60,167 nucleotides of DNA, from the IMG/VR virus record IMGVR_UViG_3300017989_000015, positions 1 to 60,167 of that record, one strand, 5' to 3'. The notes below the pieces were generated by a model. The model made no database searches, had not been told where the DNA came from, and saw only the letters and a list, made by a program, of their open reading frames with translations. Positions 9,162 to 18,273 of the stretch are shown here, piece after piece. How positions within the stretch are numbered: position 1 is the first letter of the stretch; each line of letters begins with the position of its first letter. The translations under genes and the position numbers were made by a program. Source of the DNA: a virus. Its lineage: Duplodnaviria; Caudoviricetes.

Positions 9162-9961
9162 ATGAATCCTATCTCCTTTGCTGACTTTGGAAATAATGGG
9201 CTGAGCATAGGCCCTAGCCACTTGGAGGGAATGAAGGTCGAGCATCGTTCGTATAATGTGTCCAGGCCGACCTTTTCTAGCTCTTCGCGCAAAACCTTCG
9301 CGTTATGCAAAAGCCCGTATTCGGCCTTGATCTCGAATCCCGCCTCAGTGAGTCCGGTAACCAATTCGCTGCGCTTCCATTCGTAGACGTGGGCAGCATA
9401 CTGGGTATCATAACCGTCTTGGCCTTCGGGCGTATTGGGGCAAGTAAGGTATAACATAGCCCCGTCCTTGCTAACCGCACGACATTCTCTCAGAGAGGCC
9501 ATGCCCAGATCACGGTGCATATGCTCGATGGAACTGGTATAGACAAGGAGGTCAAATCGTTGGGGGAGCAGACTAACAGCCATCTGTGCTACGTTTGACT
9601 CTATGAATCTCACCGGGAATGGGTAGTAATCATCCTTTATGGGCTTGCCATCCGTCACTCGCTTCTCTAGGAACTTGGCGTTCTTTGGCGCAATGTCTAC
9701 GCCCGTATAACTCCCCAAGTCTTTTCGTTGGTAGCGCAAGAGAGGGAGCAAGAGGCCGCGCCCACAGCAGACATCGAGCAAAGCCGTGCCCTTCTTGGCC
9801 CAACGGATAATCTGCTCATGCTGTATATAATTCATCACATCGAGGGCTGAGAAGAAGCCGTCCCCGAATTGGCGATAGAAGTTGCGCATCTGGTAAGTCG
9901 TTGCCAATATCTCGCGCACGTCCATTCCTGGCTCTACTTTATAGACAATCTTTTTACTCAC
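9146..9961 (-). CDS. Class I SAM-dependent methyltransferase
   Basis: LLDVCCGRG, YTGVDI, FDLLV...IEHM and LYLTCPN motifs. Confidence 0.85.
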   Translation of the reverse strand: MSKKIVYKVEPGMDVREILATTYQMRNFYRQFGDGFFSALDVMNYIQHEQIIRWAKKGTALLDVCCGRGLLLPLLRYQRKDLGSYTGVDIAPKNAKFLEKRVTDGKPIKDDYYPFPVRFIESNVAQMAVSLLPQRFDLLVYTSSIEHMHRDLGMASLRECRAVSKDGAMLYLTCPNTPEGQDGYDTQYAAHVYEWKRSELVTGLTEAGFEIKAEYGLLHNAKVLREELEKVGLDTLYERCSTFIPSKWLGPMLSPLFPKSAKEIGFICQTI

Positions 9962-11231
9962 CTTGTAACTCTCCTATCGCCAAGGCTACATTGGGAGGCT
10001 TGTCAGTGGTATCTACGAGGAATAACTTCATTCCTCTATCCGCATCACTCCAATTGATCCCGTTTGAGGTGTCGGCTAAATGCAGGCGTGGTCCCACGCC
10101 TGCCTGTGCCAGGGCCGCGACGCTCATATTACCTCCACGAGAACTTCCTGTACCATCTCCATCCGCCCCCGTGACTAGATGAGCCTTCAATCCCGAAGGC
10201 TCATCTTCGCGTCCTGGAATCCTTACCTCGCCATGTCGTTTTCTCAACCATCGTTCTGCTAGCATATAAGATAATGCCGAGATTGCGCAGATCTTCGCCC
10301 TTTCGTTGCGTTCTCGGTCTATGAAATCCATTGGTTCGAATCCTAACGATCGAATGAGGGCCGAATGCTTTACTCCACTTTTGACGTCCCCCAGCCCTAC
10401 CTGTACAAATCGCCCTCGCTTCTCATCGAATAAGGGCACCCTCCCGTATCGAAATCCTGAGCCCCAAGAGGACGAGTCTACCGAGTACCAGGGAAAGCTC
10501 TTCATCACGTTCCAGGAGGTAAGCCCAAAGCCATGAAACACGCTCTCTCCCTTGGCAATCTGATAGCACTTGGTGATCCAAGCCATGATCTCATCACGTC
10601 GGGCCTGCATCCCTGCAACGCCCAAAGCAATATAGGGATACCGTTCTATATAATGCTCCAACCATAACCATTCTTCGAGAACATGAAAGCAGGGCAAGGG
10701 CGTCGTGCCCATATCTTCCATGATTTGCTGGTTTCGCCAGGTTGCTTCTGCGTCTTTGATGACGTCCAGATTCGCATAGCTCGAGAATAAGTGCTTCCAT
10801 CGCTTGATCCATTCTACATACTTGGGAATTGTTATCGTGACGCCTTGTGTCATAGCAGAGAAAGCCCCCGAATCAGCGAATACGTCTGGATAGGGCTCTG
10901 TAAAATACTTGGCGAATAATTGGTCCAGATCGGTGTCCTTGTAGTACCAGTAAGATAGCAAGATACGAAGGCGTAGTCCATTTCGTACAGCACCACGGCT
11001 TGCCCAGCCGTGGTGCTGTGGATCGCTATCTGCCAAATGGATCTTGGCCATTTTTTCAAATCCTTCCCATTGCTGAGTCCCGCTTACGAAGCGAGACTCA
11101 GGATTCTTGCTCTCCCCGTGCCCTTCGGGCCAGCTTGCCAAATATATCCCCGCGTGAGCCCTTAGCGAATTCACTAGTCGCCCTGCCCCCCCCCAGGCCT
11201 CAGGATAGCCCAGTGTCAAATAGAGAAACAT
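9954..11231 (-). CDS. dpdA: DpdA, TGT-family DNA 7-deazaguanine transglycosylase
   Basis: FADSGAFS, YANLDVI, PCFH, YIALG, HGFGLT and PWYSVDSSSW motifs; adjacent to yhhQ and the QueF-like gene. Likely start at 11231 (GGAGG). Confidence 0.85.
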   Translation of the reverse strand: MFLYLTLGYPEAWGGAGRLVNSLRAHAGIYLASWPEGHGESKNPESRFVSGTQQWEGFEKMAKIHLADSDPQHHGWASRGAVRNGLRLRILLSYWYYKDTDLDQLFAKYFTEPYPDVFADSGAFSAMTQGVTITIPKYVEWIKRWKHLFSSYANLDVIKDAEATWRNQQIMEDMGTTPLPCFHVLEEWLWLEHYIERYPYIALGVAGMQARRDEIMAWITKCYQIAKGESVFHGFGLTSWNVMKSFPWYSVDSSSWGSGFRYGRVPLFDEKRGRFVQVGLGDVKSGVKHSALIRSLGFEPMDFIDRERNERAKICAISALSYMLAERWLRKRHGEVRIPGREDEPSGLKAHLVTGADGDGTGSSRGGNMSVAALAQAGVGPRLHLADTSNGINWSDADRGMKLFLVDTTDKPPNVALAIGELQGE

Positions 11232-11829
11232 CGACCGCCTCCAGAAGCGTCTGTACCTTGGCCGCCCCGTCCACGCCCGGCGCCTTCTCCATAAGAGAAT
11301 AGAAATAATCCAAGGTGTCCGGAGAGACCTGGATGCGGATAAAGGGCCAGAAGTCGCGCTCCTGGGGCTCTCCATACTGTGTTGCTAGATCATCCAAGTC
11401 AGGCGCCGCGGAAGCGGCCTTATCCAAGATGCCCAATAGTTCCTCCTCATAGAACATTCCAGAAAGATCAAGCTTTGCATCGAGGTCGGCTACAATCTGC
11501 TGGGCATCCCAGGAAGCCAGCTCCGCCGTGCGATTGTCGAAGTAACTCAATATCTGTTTCTGTTCATCGGTCAGGCCCGTCCGCCGTACTGCGATGATCT
11601 CATCCCCGTCTGCCTCGATCACGCGCACCTTCTCGATCCCTGCCTCAGCCGCCGCGTCTATAACGCCATTCCCAGCTAGGATGACGTCGTTCTCATCAAT
11701 AACGATTGACCTGGCTGCACCCACTTTGCGTAGTGAGTCCGAGATCATACCGATATTTCTGGGGCTGTGAATTCGTGGGTTCGTTGGATCCGGCTTGAGA
11801 TCACCGATATGGTCTACTTGTTTTGGCAT
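11200..11829 (-). CDS. ParB/Srx-like N-terminal domain protein
   Basis: LKPDPTNPRIH...SIVIDENDVILAGNG...DNRTAELASWD; typical partner of phage DNA-modification genes. Confidence 0.85.
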   Translation of the reverse strand: MPKQVDHIGDLKPDPTNPRIHSPRNIGMISDSLRKVGAARSIVIDENDVILAGNGVIDAAAEAGIEKVRVIEADGDEIIAVRRTGLTDEQKQILSYFDNRTAELASWDAQQIVADLDAKLDLSGMFYEEELLGILDKAASAAPDLDDLATQYGEPQERDFWPFIRIQVSPDTLDYFYSLMEKAPGVDGAAKVQTLLEAVDVSLFDTGLS

Positions 11830-11844
11830 AATCCCTCCTGACTC

Positions 11845-11873
11845 ATTATAGCATATTCTGGGCTATATGTCTT
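11845..11873 (-). promoter_or_regulatory. Promoter for the ParB-dpdA operon
   Basis: AAGACA-17 nt-TATAAT with an extended TG, followed by GGAGG and ATG. Confidence 0.55.
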
Positions 11874-12141
11874 GGTTCATAATGACGCCTTCCCATAATT
11901 CACCTTGATAAACATAGCCGTAGCGACTCCGCAGGATGTCTATATGGCGCTCTCTGGCTGCTCGATTGTGCGCCTCTCTGTGACAGGCGGTACAGAGCGT
12001 GACAAGATTCTCGATGCACCAGGCTCCGCGATGCCCTCGACCTACTATGTGATGAACCTCCTGCGAATAAGCCCCACAGTCAATACAGCAGTTATCATCC
12101 CTCTCCAGGGCTGCCAGTCTCAGCCGGGTCTGTCTCCTCAT
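11863..12141 (-). CDS. HNH endonuclease
   Basis: CIDCG...EVHHI...NLVTLCTACH. Confidence 0.88.
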   Translation of the reverse strand: MRRQTRLRLAALERDDNCCIDCGAYSQEVHHIVGRGHRGAWCIENLVTLCTACHREAHNRAARERHIDILRSRYGYVYQGELWEGVIMNQDI

Positions 12142-12340
12142 CTCGTGCCTCCATATACTCTACCGCTCGACGCCGCGGGCAGTCCACAACCTGCGCTCCG
12201 CTCTGATCTCGTTCCCAATGCTCACAATCAGAGCACCACCCGTCGCAAGTTAGCGCCAGCGCCAGGTCCGCCACGATCCGCTCGGCGGTGGTCAATTTGT
12301 CAGTAATCGGAATAGTCATAGTCCGCATCCGTCTGGTCAT
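12095..12340 (-). CDS. Hypothetical Cys-containing protein
   Basis: CxxxCxxC motif; part of a coupled gene chain. Confidence 0.45.
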   Translation of the reverse strand: MTRRMRTMTIPITDKLTTAERIVADLALALTCDGWCSDCEHWERDQSGAQVVDCPRRRAVEYMEARDEETDPAETGSPGEG

Positions 12341-12438
12341 AATCTACAAGGTCCTCAAGCGTCGCCCCGGCAAAAAGGTTGAAAATGCCCACAAGGGCAG
12401 AGACCAAAGAGGCCAATGCGCCAATCAGCGCGAACATA

Positions 12439-12786
12439 TCACGCCCCCTTCGGCTTGATCGACATACCCAATGCCAACTCAGATCGCACAACCAGCCGAT
12501 CAAGATCATCCCCTACCGGCTCGCCAGTGACAATGTGGCCAATGGCAAGGCTCAGCAGCGGCTCTATCTCTGACAGGCGGCTACTCAGCTCCTCTATCTC
12601 GGCGTCATAGGCGCGAGCATTCCAGCCGTCCGCTGCCGCCTCCTTTGATCGCCATGGCATCGTTATTACTGGACACTCACTGCAAGCTACTCGCCATCCC
12701 GTCGTGACCTGGCCTGGTTCCCAGGCCGAGTAGTACGCCTTCTTCCCACAAAACGGACATTCTCTCAGCTCTTCTAGCGCATTCAT
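12439..12786 (-). CDS. Lar-family restriction alleviation protein
   Basis: ELRECPFCG...VACSEC...AADGWNAR signature. Confidence 0.75.
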   Translation of the reverse strand: MNALEELRECPFCGKKAYYSAWEPGQVTTGWRVACSECPVITMPWRSKEAAADGWNARAYDAEIEELSSRLSEIEPLLSLAIGHIVTGEPVGDDLDRLVVRSELALGMSIKPKGA

Positions 12787-12983
12787 ATGGCCCTCCCTAG
12801 CATACTACCCACATATCCAATGGCCACCAATACAAAGGGCAGAATCGTCATCACACATCCACCACCGTTGGCCTCATATTCGGCCCTGCGCAATTCCGCA
12901 TAATAATTGTCCCACTCTTTCTGACCCTGCTCGGCTTCCTCATTGGAAACCGGCGTTGGTATGCTCACCGTTCTATCGCCCAT
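12783..12983 (-). CDS. Small membrane protein
   Basis: Likely start MGDRTV after GGAGG; C-terminal TM segment. Confidence 0.45.
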   Translation of the reverse strand: MGDRTVSIPTPVSNEEAEQGQKEWDNYYAELRRAEYEANGGGCVMTILPFVLVAIGYVGSMLGRAI

Positions 12984-13222
12984 GTTTCCTCCCTCTTGGG
13001 AATGGGCCGGGCTTTGTACGTTGCTCGCCACCCGGCCCACCGTGTGCCCCGCTGTCTCTGTTATCGGTCTCGATCTCCGGGCTCTGGGCTCCGAGCCCAA
13101 GCCATCCTTTTCGCCCTAGTCGCCGTGGCGGTCGAGCGCACCGTGCGCTCTGCTGCCCCCCACAAAAGCCGCTGGCCAGAGTCGCACTGGCCTAAACTGT
13201 GAGCGGCTATCTCTGCCATTCC

Positions 13223-13366
13223 CTATGGCCATACGATGCGGCGCCTCACCTTCCCGCACTTGACGCATTCCTGATTAGCGACCCACGAGCCCAACGGCTT
13301 GACGAATTGGCACACGCGATCTTCCCAGCGATGCCGACAGAACACTTGCCGCAACCAAATACTCAT
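13223..13366 (-). CDS. 47-aa zinc-ribbon protein (not in the ORF track)
   Basis: MSIWLRQVFCRHRW...CVKCGKVRRR; ATGA overlap; paralog at 25360-25500. Confidence 0.65.
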   Translation of the reverse strand: MSIWLRQVFCRHRWEDRVCQFVKPLGSWVANQECVKCGKVRRRIVWP

Positions 13367-13611
13367 CTAATCTCCTCCATGTCCGCCAAGCAGCGGCTCA
13401 CCACCTCTTCCAATGTATTCCCAAACCATGTCATGCTCTGACTCTGGTTGATCATCTCGATCTCAAATCCGGGCTTTACGCAACCTATCACCATCAGCAC
13501 AGCGTCTACTTTTCCCATTCCTGTCGGTCCAAACAATACCCGAGAAAGGCTCTCTGAGTAACGTATCTTCTTGCCCACCAGGGCGAATATCTGATCTAGC
13601 TCTGTGTTCAT
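13363..13611 (-). CDS. Hypothetical protein
   Basis: 82 aa, coupled to its neighbours. Confidence 0.5.
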   Translation of the reverse strand: MNTELDQIFALVGKKIRYSESLSRVLFGPTGMGKVDAVLMVIGCVKPGFEIEMINQSQSMTWFGNTLEEVVSRCLADMEEIR

Positions 13612-14318
13612 TTCTCGCTCCTCGCTTGGCTTGCCGCCAAGCGCTTGGCTTGCGCCTCAGCCACCATCTTTTGGTACGGCGTCCGCGTACCGGTGGCCAC
13701 TGGGCCAGCCTCTGTCGTCGTTACGACATACGGCCTACCAGGTATTTGCCGAACATTGTCATGGCCAGCAGATTTACGCCACGCCTCCCGCGTCGGCGTC
13801 ACGCAGCCGTCGCGCGTTAGCGCGCGATTCAATGAGTGGGAATTGCCATAGTAGAACGACGTGATGGGCGATCCGTCCGGGCCCATCACGGAAAACGCGT
13901 TGTTCACGTCGTTCCACCGGCGAATGCGCCCGTCGGCGCATCGGGCCTCGTGTACGTGCGGGTCACTGGTGGATGCCGTATCCGCCCAAGCCCCCACCGC
14001 ATCCTGGCCGTGCTTGACTACAGCGTGACTGTCTGGGCTCAATGTCTCGGGGCGTTGTACCACGGCGGTCGCTTGAGTTGCCATTCGCAAGCGGGCGCGC
14101 GCGTTCATCTGAGCGTATGGGCTTGTGAGTCCCTTCGCCGCGAGTAGGCCCGTGCCGATTGTCGTGATTGCGCCACCCCCACCACTGCCACCAGCAGGCC
14201 CTTGCCACTCCATGGTGGCCACACCCTGCGCGTGACTGGCGGGAGCTAGTATTAACAGGAGAAACACCACCAAGATCATCGCTCCAATTGTTAGTACGCC
14301 CCAAATGATCCTACTCAT
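13608..14318 (-). CDS. Secreted protein with a possible BECR/colicin-D-like RNase domain
   Basis: Signal peptide ending ASHA; HAVVKHG...WNDVNNAFSVMGPDGSPITSF. Confidence 0.45.
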   Translation of the reverse strand: MSRIIWGVLTIGAMILVVFLLLILAPASHAQGVATMEWQGPAGGSGGGGAITTIGTGLLAAKGLTSPYAQMNARARLRMATQATAVVQRPETLSPDSHAVVKHGQDAVGAWADTASTSDPHVHEARCADGRIRRWNDVNNAFSVMGPDGSPITSFYYGNSHSLNRALTRDGCVTPTREAWRKSAGHDNVRQIPGRPYVVTTTEAGPVATGTRTPYQKMVAEAQAKRLAASQARSEK

Positions 14319-15207
14319 TTTGCTCCTCCTCTGTTAGATAATCGAACAGCCGCTTCAACTGCCATGCCTTTGCCGCGTCCCATGCCGCGTCCCTTGCCGC
14401 GTCCCTTGCCGCGTCCCTTGCCGCGTCCCTTGCCGCGTCCCATGCCGCGTCCCTTGCCGCGGCCCTTGCCACGCCCCTTGCCGCGGCCCTTGCCGCGTCC
14501 CTTGCCGCGTCCCTTGCCGCGGCCCATTCCACGGCCCTTGCCGCGTCCCTTGCCGCGGCCCTTGCGGCGTCCCATGCCGCGTCCCTTGCCGCGGCCCTTG
14601 CCGCGGCCCTTGCCGCGTCCCTTGCCGCGTCCCTTGCCGCGTCCCTTGCCGCGGCCCTTGCGGCGTCCCATACGGCGGCAAGCTCTTCTTGTGTCGCATG
14701 TCCATTGGCGTAGCGCCGCGCTACCTCTATTGCTTTCCGTGGCCGGGCATCATCTGGATATGCCCGCTCGAATATCGGTAACACACGCTCGGCACAGTCT
14801 GAGGCGAATAGCCGCCACTTGCGCGCGGACATGCCACCGACCTTGCGCGGCAACCGGCCTTGATGCCCGTTTACTTTGTCACCGTACTCTTCTACGTCGC
14901 CCTTAAACTCGAGCTCATAGAGAACCCCCTCCTCACAGCAGTACGCCAGGAGGGACTCAATTTCTTCAAGGCTGCCGTGATACCCTTTTTCGCACTCGAC
15001 TAAATCATCGACGGAGTCAGTCCACTCGCCAGGTTCGTACTCTACCCAGCCGCCGTCGCCGTCGCAGCGATCACACCAGGCGCTGTCCTCTGTTCCTCCC
15101 TGCCCGTGGCAAAGCGGGCACTCCACCCATCGCTCTGTCGGCAAAGGCCATGCGAACTTTGCGTACGGCGACTTCCCGTCTGGCGATAACCATTTATAGT
15201 ACGTCAC
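14311..15207 (-). CDS. Phage protein with an Imm5-like domain and AARD/AAWD repeats
   Basis: LFASDCAERVLPIFE...DARPRKAIEVARRYA motif, CxxCxGxG zinc finger, Ala-rich repeats. Confidence 0.7.
   Translation of the reverse strand: MTYYKWLSPDGKSPYAKFAWPLPTERWVECPLCHGQGGTEDSAWCDRCDGDGGWVEYEPGEWTDSVDDLVECEKGYHGSLEEIESLLAYCCEEGVLYELEFKGDVEEYGDKVNGHQGRLPRKVGGMSARKWRLFASDCAERVLPIFERAYPDDARPRKAIEVARRYANGHATQEELAAVWDAARAAARDAARDAARDAARAAARAAARDAAWDAARAAARDAARAVEWAAARDAARDAARAAARGVARAAARDAAWDAARDAARDAARDAARDAAWDAAKAWQLKRLFDYLTEEEQNE
14365..14670. repeat. 12-bp coding tandem repeat, about 25 units (GCGGCAAGGGAC on minus)
   Basis: Directly visible; encodes AARD/AAWD/AARA. Confidence 0.95.
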
Positions 15208-15578
15208 CTCGTGGCCTCCTCTTCAGCGATCCACTGATTGCAAAGAATCAACGCCATCTCCAGCCGCCCGCGCATATATTTCGCGAGCGACAGGTCATAC
15301 TGATGAGCTCCTGTCCAGGAGCCCAGGACATCGTCAAAGAGATAGCCGTCTATCTCCTTGACCGCATCGGAGGCATCCGCGTCGGCAGACATGCGCTGCT
15401 GCAAACGTAACCAGCGATGTATCCCCTCTGTCGCCTTTGTGTTTGACAAATAATTCCTTGCGCTTCCATCGATCCCATGAATGACGAGATTTAACGGACA
15501 ATCTTTTTGCCGTATCTCTGTGACCAAAAGCACATTATCAGTATTCAGCCATTCATGATCTGAAATCTTGACTAGCAT
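15204..15578 (-). CDS. Hypothetical protein (paralog of 15599-16099)
   Basis: Shares RWLxLQQR...(I/V)DxxLFxD with its neighbour. Confidence 0.6.
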   Translation of the reverse strand: MLVKISDHEWLNTDNVLLVTEIRQKDCPLNLVIHGIDGSARNYLSNTKATEGIHRWLRLQQRMSADADASDAVKEIDGYLFDDVLGSWTGAHQYDLSLAKYMRGRLEMALILCNQWIAEEEATR

Positions 15579-15598
15579 CGCGTTCCCCCTTTGTTCTG

Positions 15599-16099
15599 CT
15601 AGACCAACTGTTGCTGCCCCTTTTCTTCCAGAAACGCCTTGACCACTTTGGCCGCTTCAGCCATCGCATCTGGATGCGGTACATGCGATCCGCTTTCGTC
15701 GATGGTCTGCGACCACTTGAGCAGCACATCACACTCGGCTTCCGTCCAGCCTGGCACGTTTTCTTTAGTAACACTGGATTGCTTCCCCAGCAAGTAGCCG
15801 GTTAGGGCGTGGCGGTTTTGTTCTGCCCCCTTCAGCCCAGAATCCTTTAGATGAATCCATGCCGGAATGAGATCATTGAATAGCGCCTCGTCTACTTTCT
15901 TCATCCAAGAGCTCATCCCTTTCTTGGTGAGTCTCTGCTGGAGCAAAAGCCAACGTCGCACCTCCTCATATTCAATAGAGCCCTCAGCGAATATGAGATA
16001 GTCATACGCAAACTGGACTATAGCGTAATCCTCTTCTATGACAACCTCTACCGCGCTATCCAGATTCACTGCTCGTAGCTCATCCACCATCAGCCACAC
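15599..16099 (-). CDS. Hypothetical protein
   Basis: 166 aa; N-terminal half paralogous to 15204-15578. Confidence 0.6.
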   Translation of the reverse strand: MWLMVDELRAVNLDSAVEVVIEEDYAIVQFAYDYLIFAEGSIEYEEVRRWLLLQQRLTKKGMSSWMKKVDEALFNDLIPAWIHLKDSGLKGAEQNRHALTGYLLGKQSSVTKENVPGWTEAECDVLLKWSQTIDESGSHVPHPDAMAEAAKVVKAFLEEKGQQQLV

Positions 16100-16321
16100 T
16101 TAGGCCTCCTTATACCAGCCGGCCATTTCATTCTGCTTCCGCCATTCTAGAGACGCCTCTCGATAGGTCTGCTTGCTCATGGACCTGACCCGCTGCTTGA
16201 ATCGTCTGGCCCATTCGTCTATCGCCTCTTCTACGTCCATGCCCACGCCCATCACGCCTACCCAAGAGTCTCTAACGATAATCCGGTTCTCCTTAGATGT
16301 TATTGATAGAGCACATTCCAT
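16100..16321 (-). CDS. HicB-like small protein
   Basis: GVMGVGMDVEEAIDEW resembles the HicB N-terminal G-x-T/D-x-EEA motif. Confidence 0.4.
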   Translation of the reverse strand: MECALSITSKENRIIVRDSWVGVMGVGMDVEEAIDEWARRFKQRVRSMSKQTYREASLEWRKQNEMAGWYKEA

Positions 16322-16388
16322 TCAGTATCTCCTCTCAGGCTGTCTTCTAAAACCTACGTCCGGACGTATAATTGCCCTAGGAACCGTC

Positions 16389-16724
16389 TCAATTCTGCTC
16401 ATCGCGCTGCTTCCACATTTCCTTTACCAAGCTCAGCGCTTCGCCGCTCTTGATCGTGGTCGCCGTGGCGTACAAGATCATCCAGCCCAATCGCAGTGCT
16501 TCATTGTATTTTTCAATGTCCCGCGTGACGCCCTTGCCGCTGGTATGGCCGCCCTTTTTCAGCCACAACCCGCCCTGCACCTCAATGGCCAACTTGCGTT
16601 CTTTGTTGGCAAAGTCAAATCGCCAGCGTCGCGTCGGGTGAAACCGATGCTCTCGTACAAACGGCAAACTAACAGCCTTGAGCTGAAAGTCCAGTGTGTC
16701 TTCAAGCTCACTTTTTTTTGCCAT
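16389..16724 (-). CDS. PD-(D/E)xK endonuclease (DUF559/Vsr-like)
   Basis: REHRFHPTRRWRFDFA...LAIEVQGG...RDIEKYN. Confidence 0.8.
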   Translation of the reverse strand: MAKKSELEDTLDFQLKAVSLPFVREHRFHPTRRWRFDFANKERKLAIEVQGGLWLKKGGHTSGKGVTRDIEKYNEALRLGWMILYATATTIKSGEALSLVKEMWKQRDEQN

Positions 16725-16792
16725 GCTGCACTCCTCCTCTCCGCCGCTACAGCGTCCTCCCTTTCTGATGGGGACCGAAGCCCCCCATCAGT

Positions 16793-17056
16793 CTACTCGA
16801 ACCAGCGTCGCCGCCGCTCACCACCATCTACCTGGTGCTTGACGGAATGGTAGCCGTTCGCTCGGTGCAGATCGCGGAGACGATTCGCTTCCGCCTCATC
16901 GAAATCCGCCTGACTCACGCCGTGGTTCCTGCCATGCCACCAGCCCACCTTGTAGGTTGGCTCGATCCCCAATTCCTCGTCGCTGTGCCAGGTATCGTCG
17001 CCCCCCTCCACCGTATCATTATCACCAAGTCCAACTAGCGCTGCCCAGAACCCCAT
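16793..17056 (-). CDS. Hypothetical protein
   Basis: Likely start MGFWAAL after GAGGAGG. Confidence 0.45.
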   Translation of the reverse strand: MGFWAALVGLGDNDTVEGGDDTWHSDEELGIEPTYKVGWWHGRNHGVSQADFDEAEANRLRDLHRANGYHSVKHQVDGGERRRRWFE

Positions 17057-17568
17057 CACTCTACCTCCTCTTTCGTTCCGTCCCCGCTCTCCACCCAGAC
17101 GCGCCGCCTGGGTTCTTCTCCTTTGTAGCATTGGGCAATCCACCGAACCCACCCCCTGCTATCCCACCAAGAGCCGTGACCTTCCGTCTGATCCGTCTGC
17201 CACGCCATGCGCCATACGGAAATACGCCTAGGCTTTTCTGGATATGCTAACACGTTACGCCTCCCTTCGTGTATCTAACCAAACCTACTTCCACTTCACA
17301 CCGCCCCCTTAGGTTTCTGTAGATCGCTCGGGCTTTGGGAGCGCGAGGCCTTGTGCCTGCCTGGTAGAATCGCCATGAATATCTCAGTCATACCGTTCTC
17401 TCCCAGCCTTATAGGCTGAGCCTATCGCAAACAACTGTCCCAGCATAGCCGCCAGGAAGGTAATGATCTTCAGAATCAGCGCCATCTCAGAACCAGCTAT
17501 CAGCGCCGTTGCTATAACCAGGACCGCTAGAGCTGCTATACATGCCATCATCTCCGAGTCACTGGCTT

Positions 17569-18273
17569 TCATGATTCCTCCTTCATCTCTTCGTAAATCG
17601 CCCTGTAAAGATCGCTCGCCGATTCTCCCCATAACCGTTCATCCGCTGGCTTGGCTATATCCAGCGCAAAGCGCAGCGCCCAGCGCCTCTCTGTCATCTC
17701 ATCTGTCTCCCGCTTATTCACTCCCATCGAGAGGTCTGGTCCATCAAATAGCCAGCCCGTCACCGTACAGTAGGTAACAGGAGGGCTCTTGTACCAACGC
17801 ACGCAGAAATCCTTTTGCCGGCCTACATCAGCTACCTGCACAAATGTCTCTCCCCGAGGACGCCACTGCTGCTCAACCACGTTCGTCGCGGCGTCGGGCT
17901 TGATATGGCTTTGCTGCATGATCATGATGCGCTCCCGAATGTTCTGGTAAAACACCCGCCGATCATGCTTGCTCCAAAGGTTGCCTGTCATCCGACGCGC
18001 GGAAATCTTCATGCCCTGATAGATATTCGATTCTTCTTCGAAGCGACAATAGGCCGCTCCGAAGATCGTATTCGGAATGTCGCCGCCGCTCGGCACTTTC
18101 CACTGGGCGAAGCAGATCGTCTCTGCTCCGCAGAAATACCACTCTACCAGCGCCTCTATTCCATCGAATGGAATCCGTCTTGAAATCACTCCTGGCATAA
18201 CCCCTCCAGTAGATCTCTCATCTGCGAATTCTCCTTCTTGCTTGTGCTTTTCCAGAATCTGCCGGTCGCGCAT
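17569..18273 (-). CDS. Hypothetical protein with two similar domains
   Basis: VEWY...ICF and VRWY...YCT segments repeat. Confidence 0.5.
   Translation of the reverse strand: MRDRQILEKHKQEGEFADERSTGGVMPGVISRRIPFDGIEALVEWYFCGAETICFAQWKVPSGGDIPNTIFGAAYCRFEEESNIYQGMKISARRMTGNLWSKHDRRVFYQNIRERIMIMQQSHIKPDAATNVVEQQWRPRGETFVQVADVGRQKDFCVRWYKSPPVTYCTVTGWLFDGPDLSMGVNKRETDEMTERRWALRFALDIAKPADERLWGESASDLYRAIYEEMKEES

Noticed and set aside
8826-9245. Canonical queF or folE assignment
   Set aside because: The QueF signature motif and the FolE zinc ligands are absent, so it is left as a QueF-like T-fold protein.
11200-11829. ParB-like gene as plasmid-prophage partitioning
   Set aside because: No parA is present, and the gene is coupled to dpdA, the usual context of modification-associated ParB-N proteins.
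13002-13040. tRNA gene
   Set aside because: Only an acceptor-like stem is present, with no anticodon arm or TTCGA T-loop.
14365-14670. 12-bp tandem repeat as a CRISPR or guide array
   Set aside because: There are no spacers; it is an in-frame AARD/AAWD coding repeat. The overlapping RG-, QG- and PR-rich ORFs are shadows of it.
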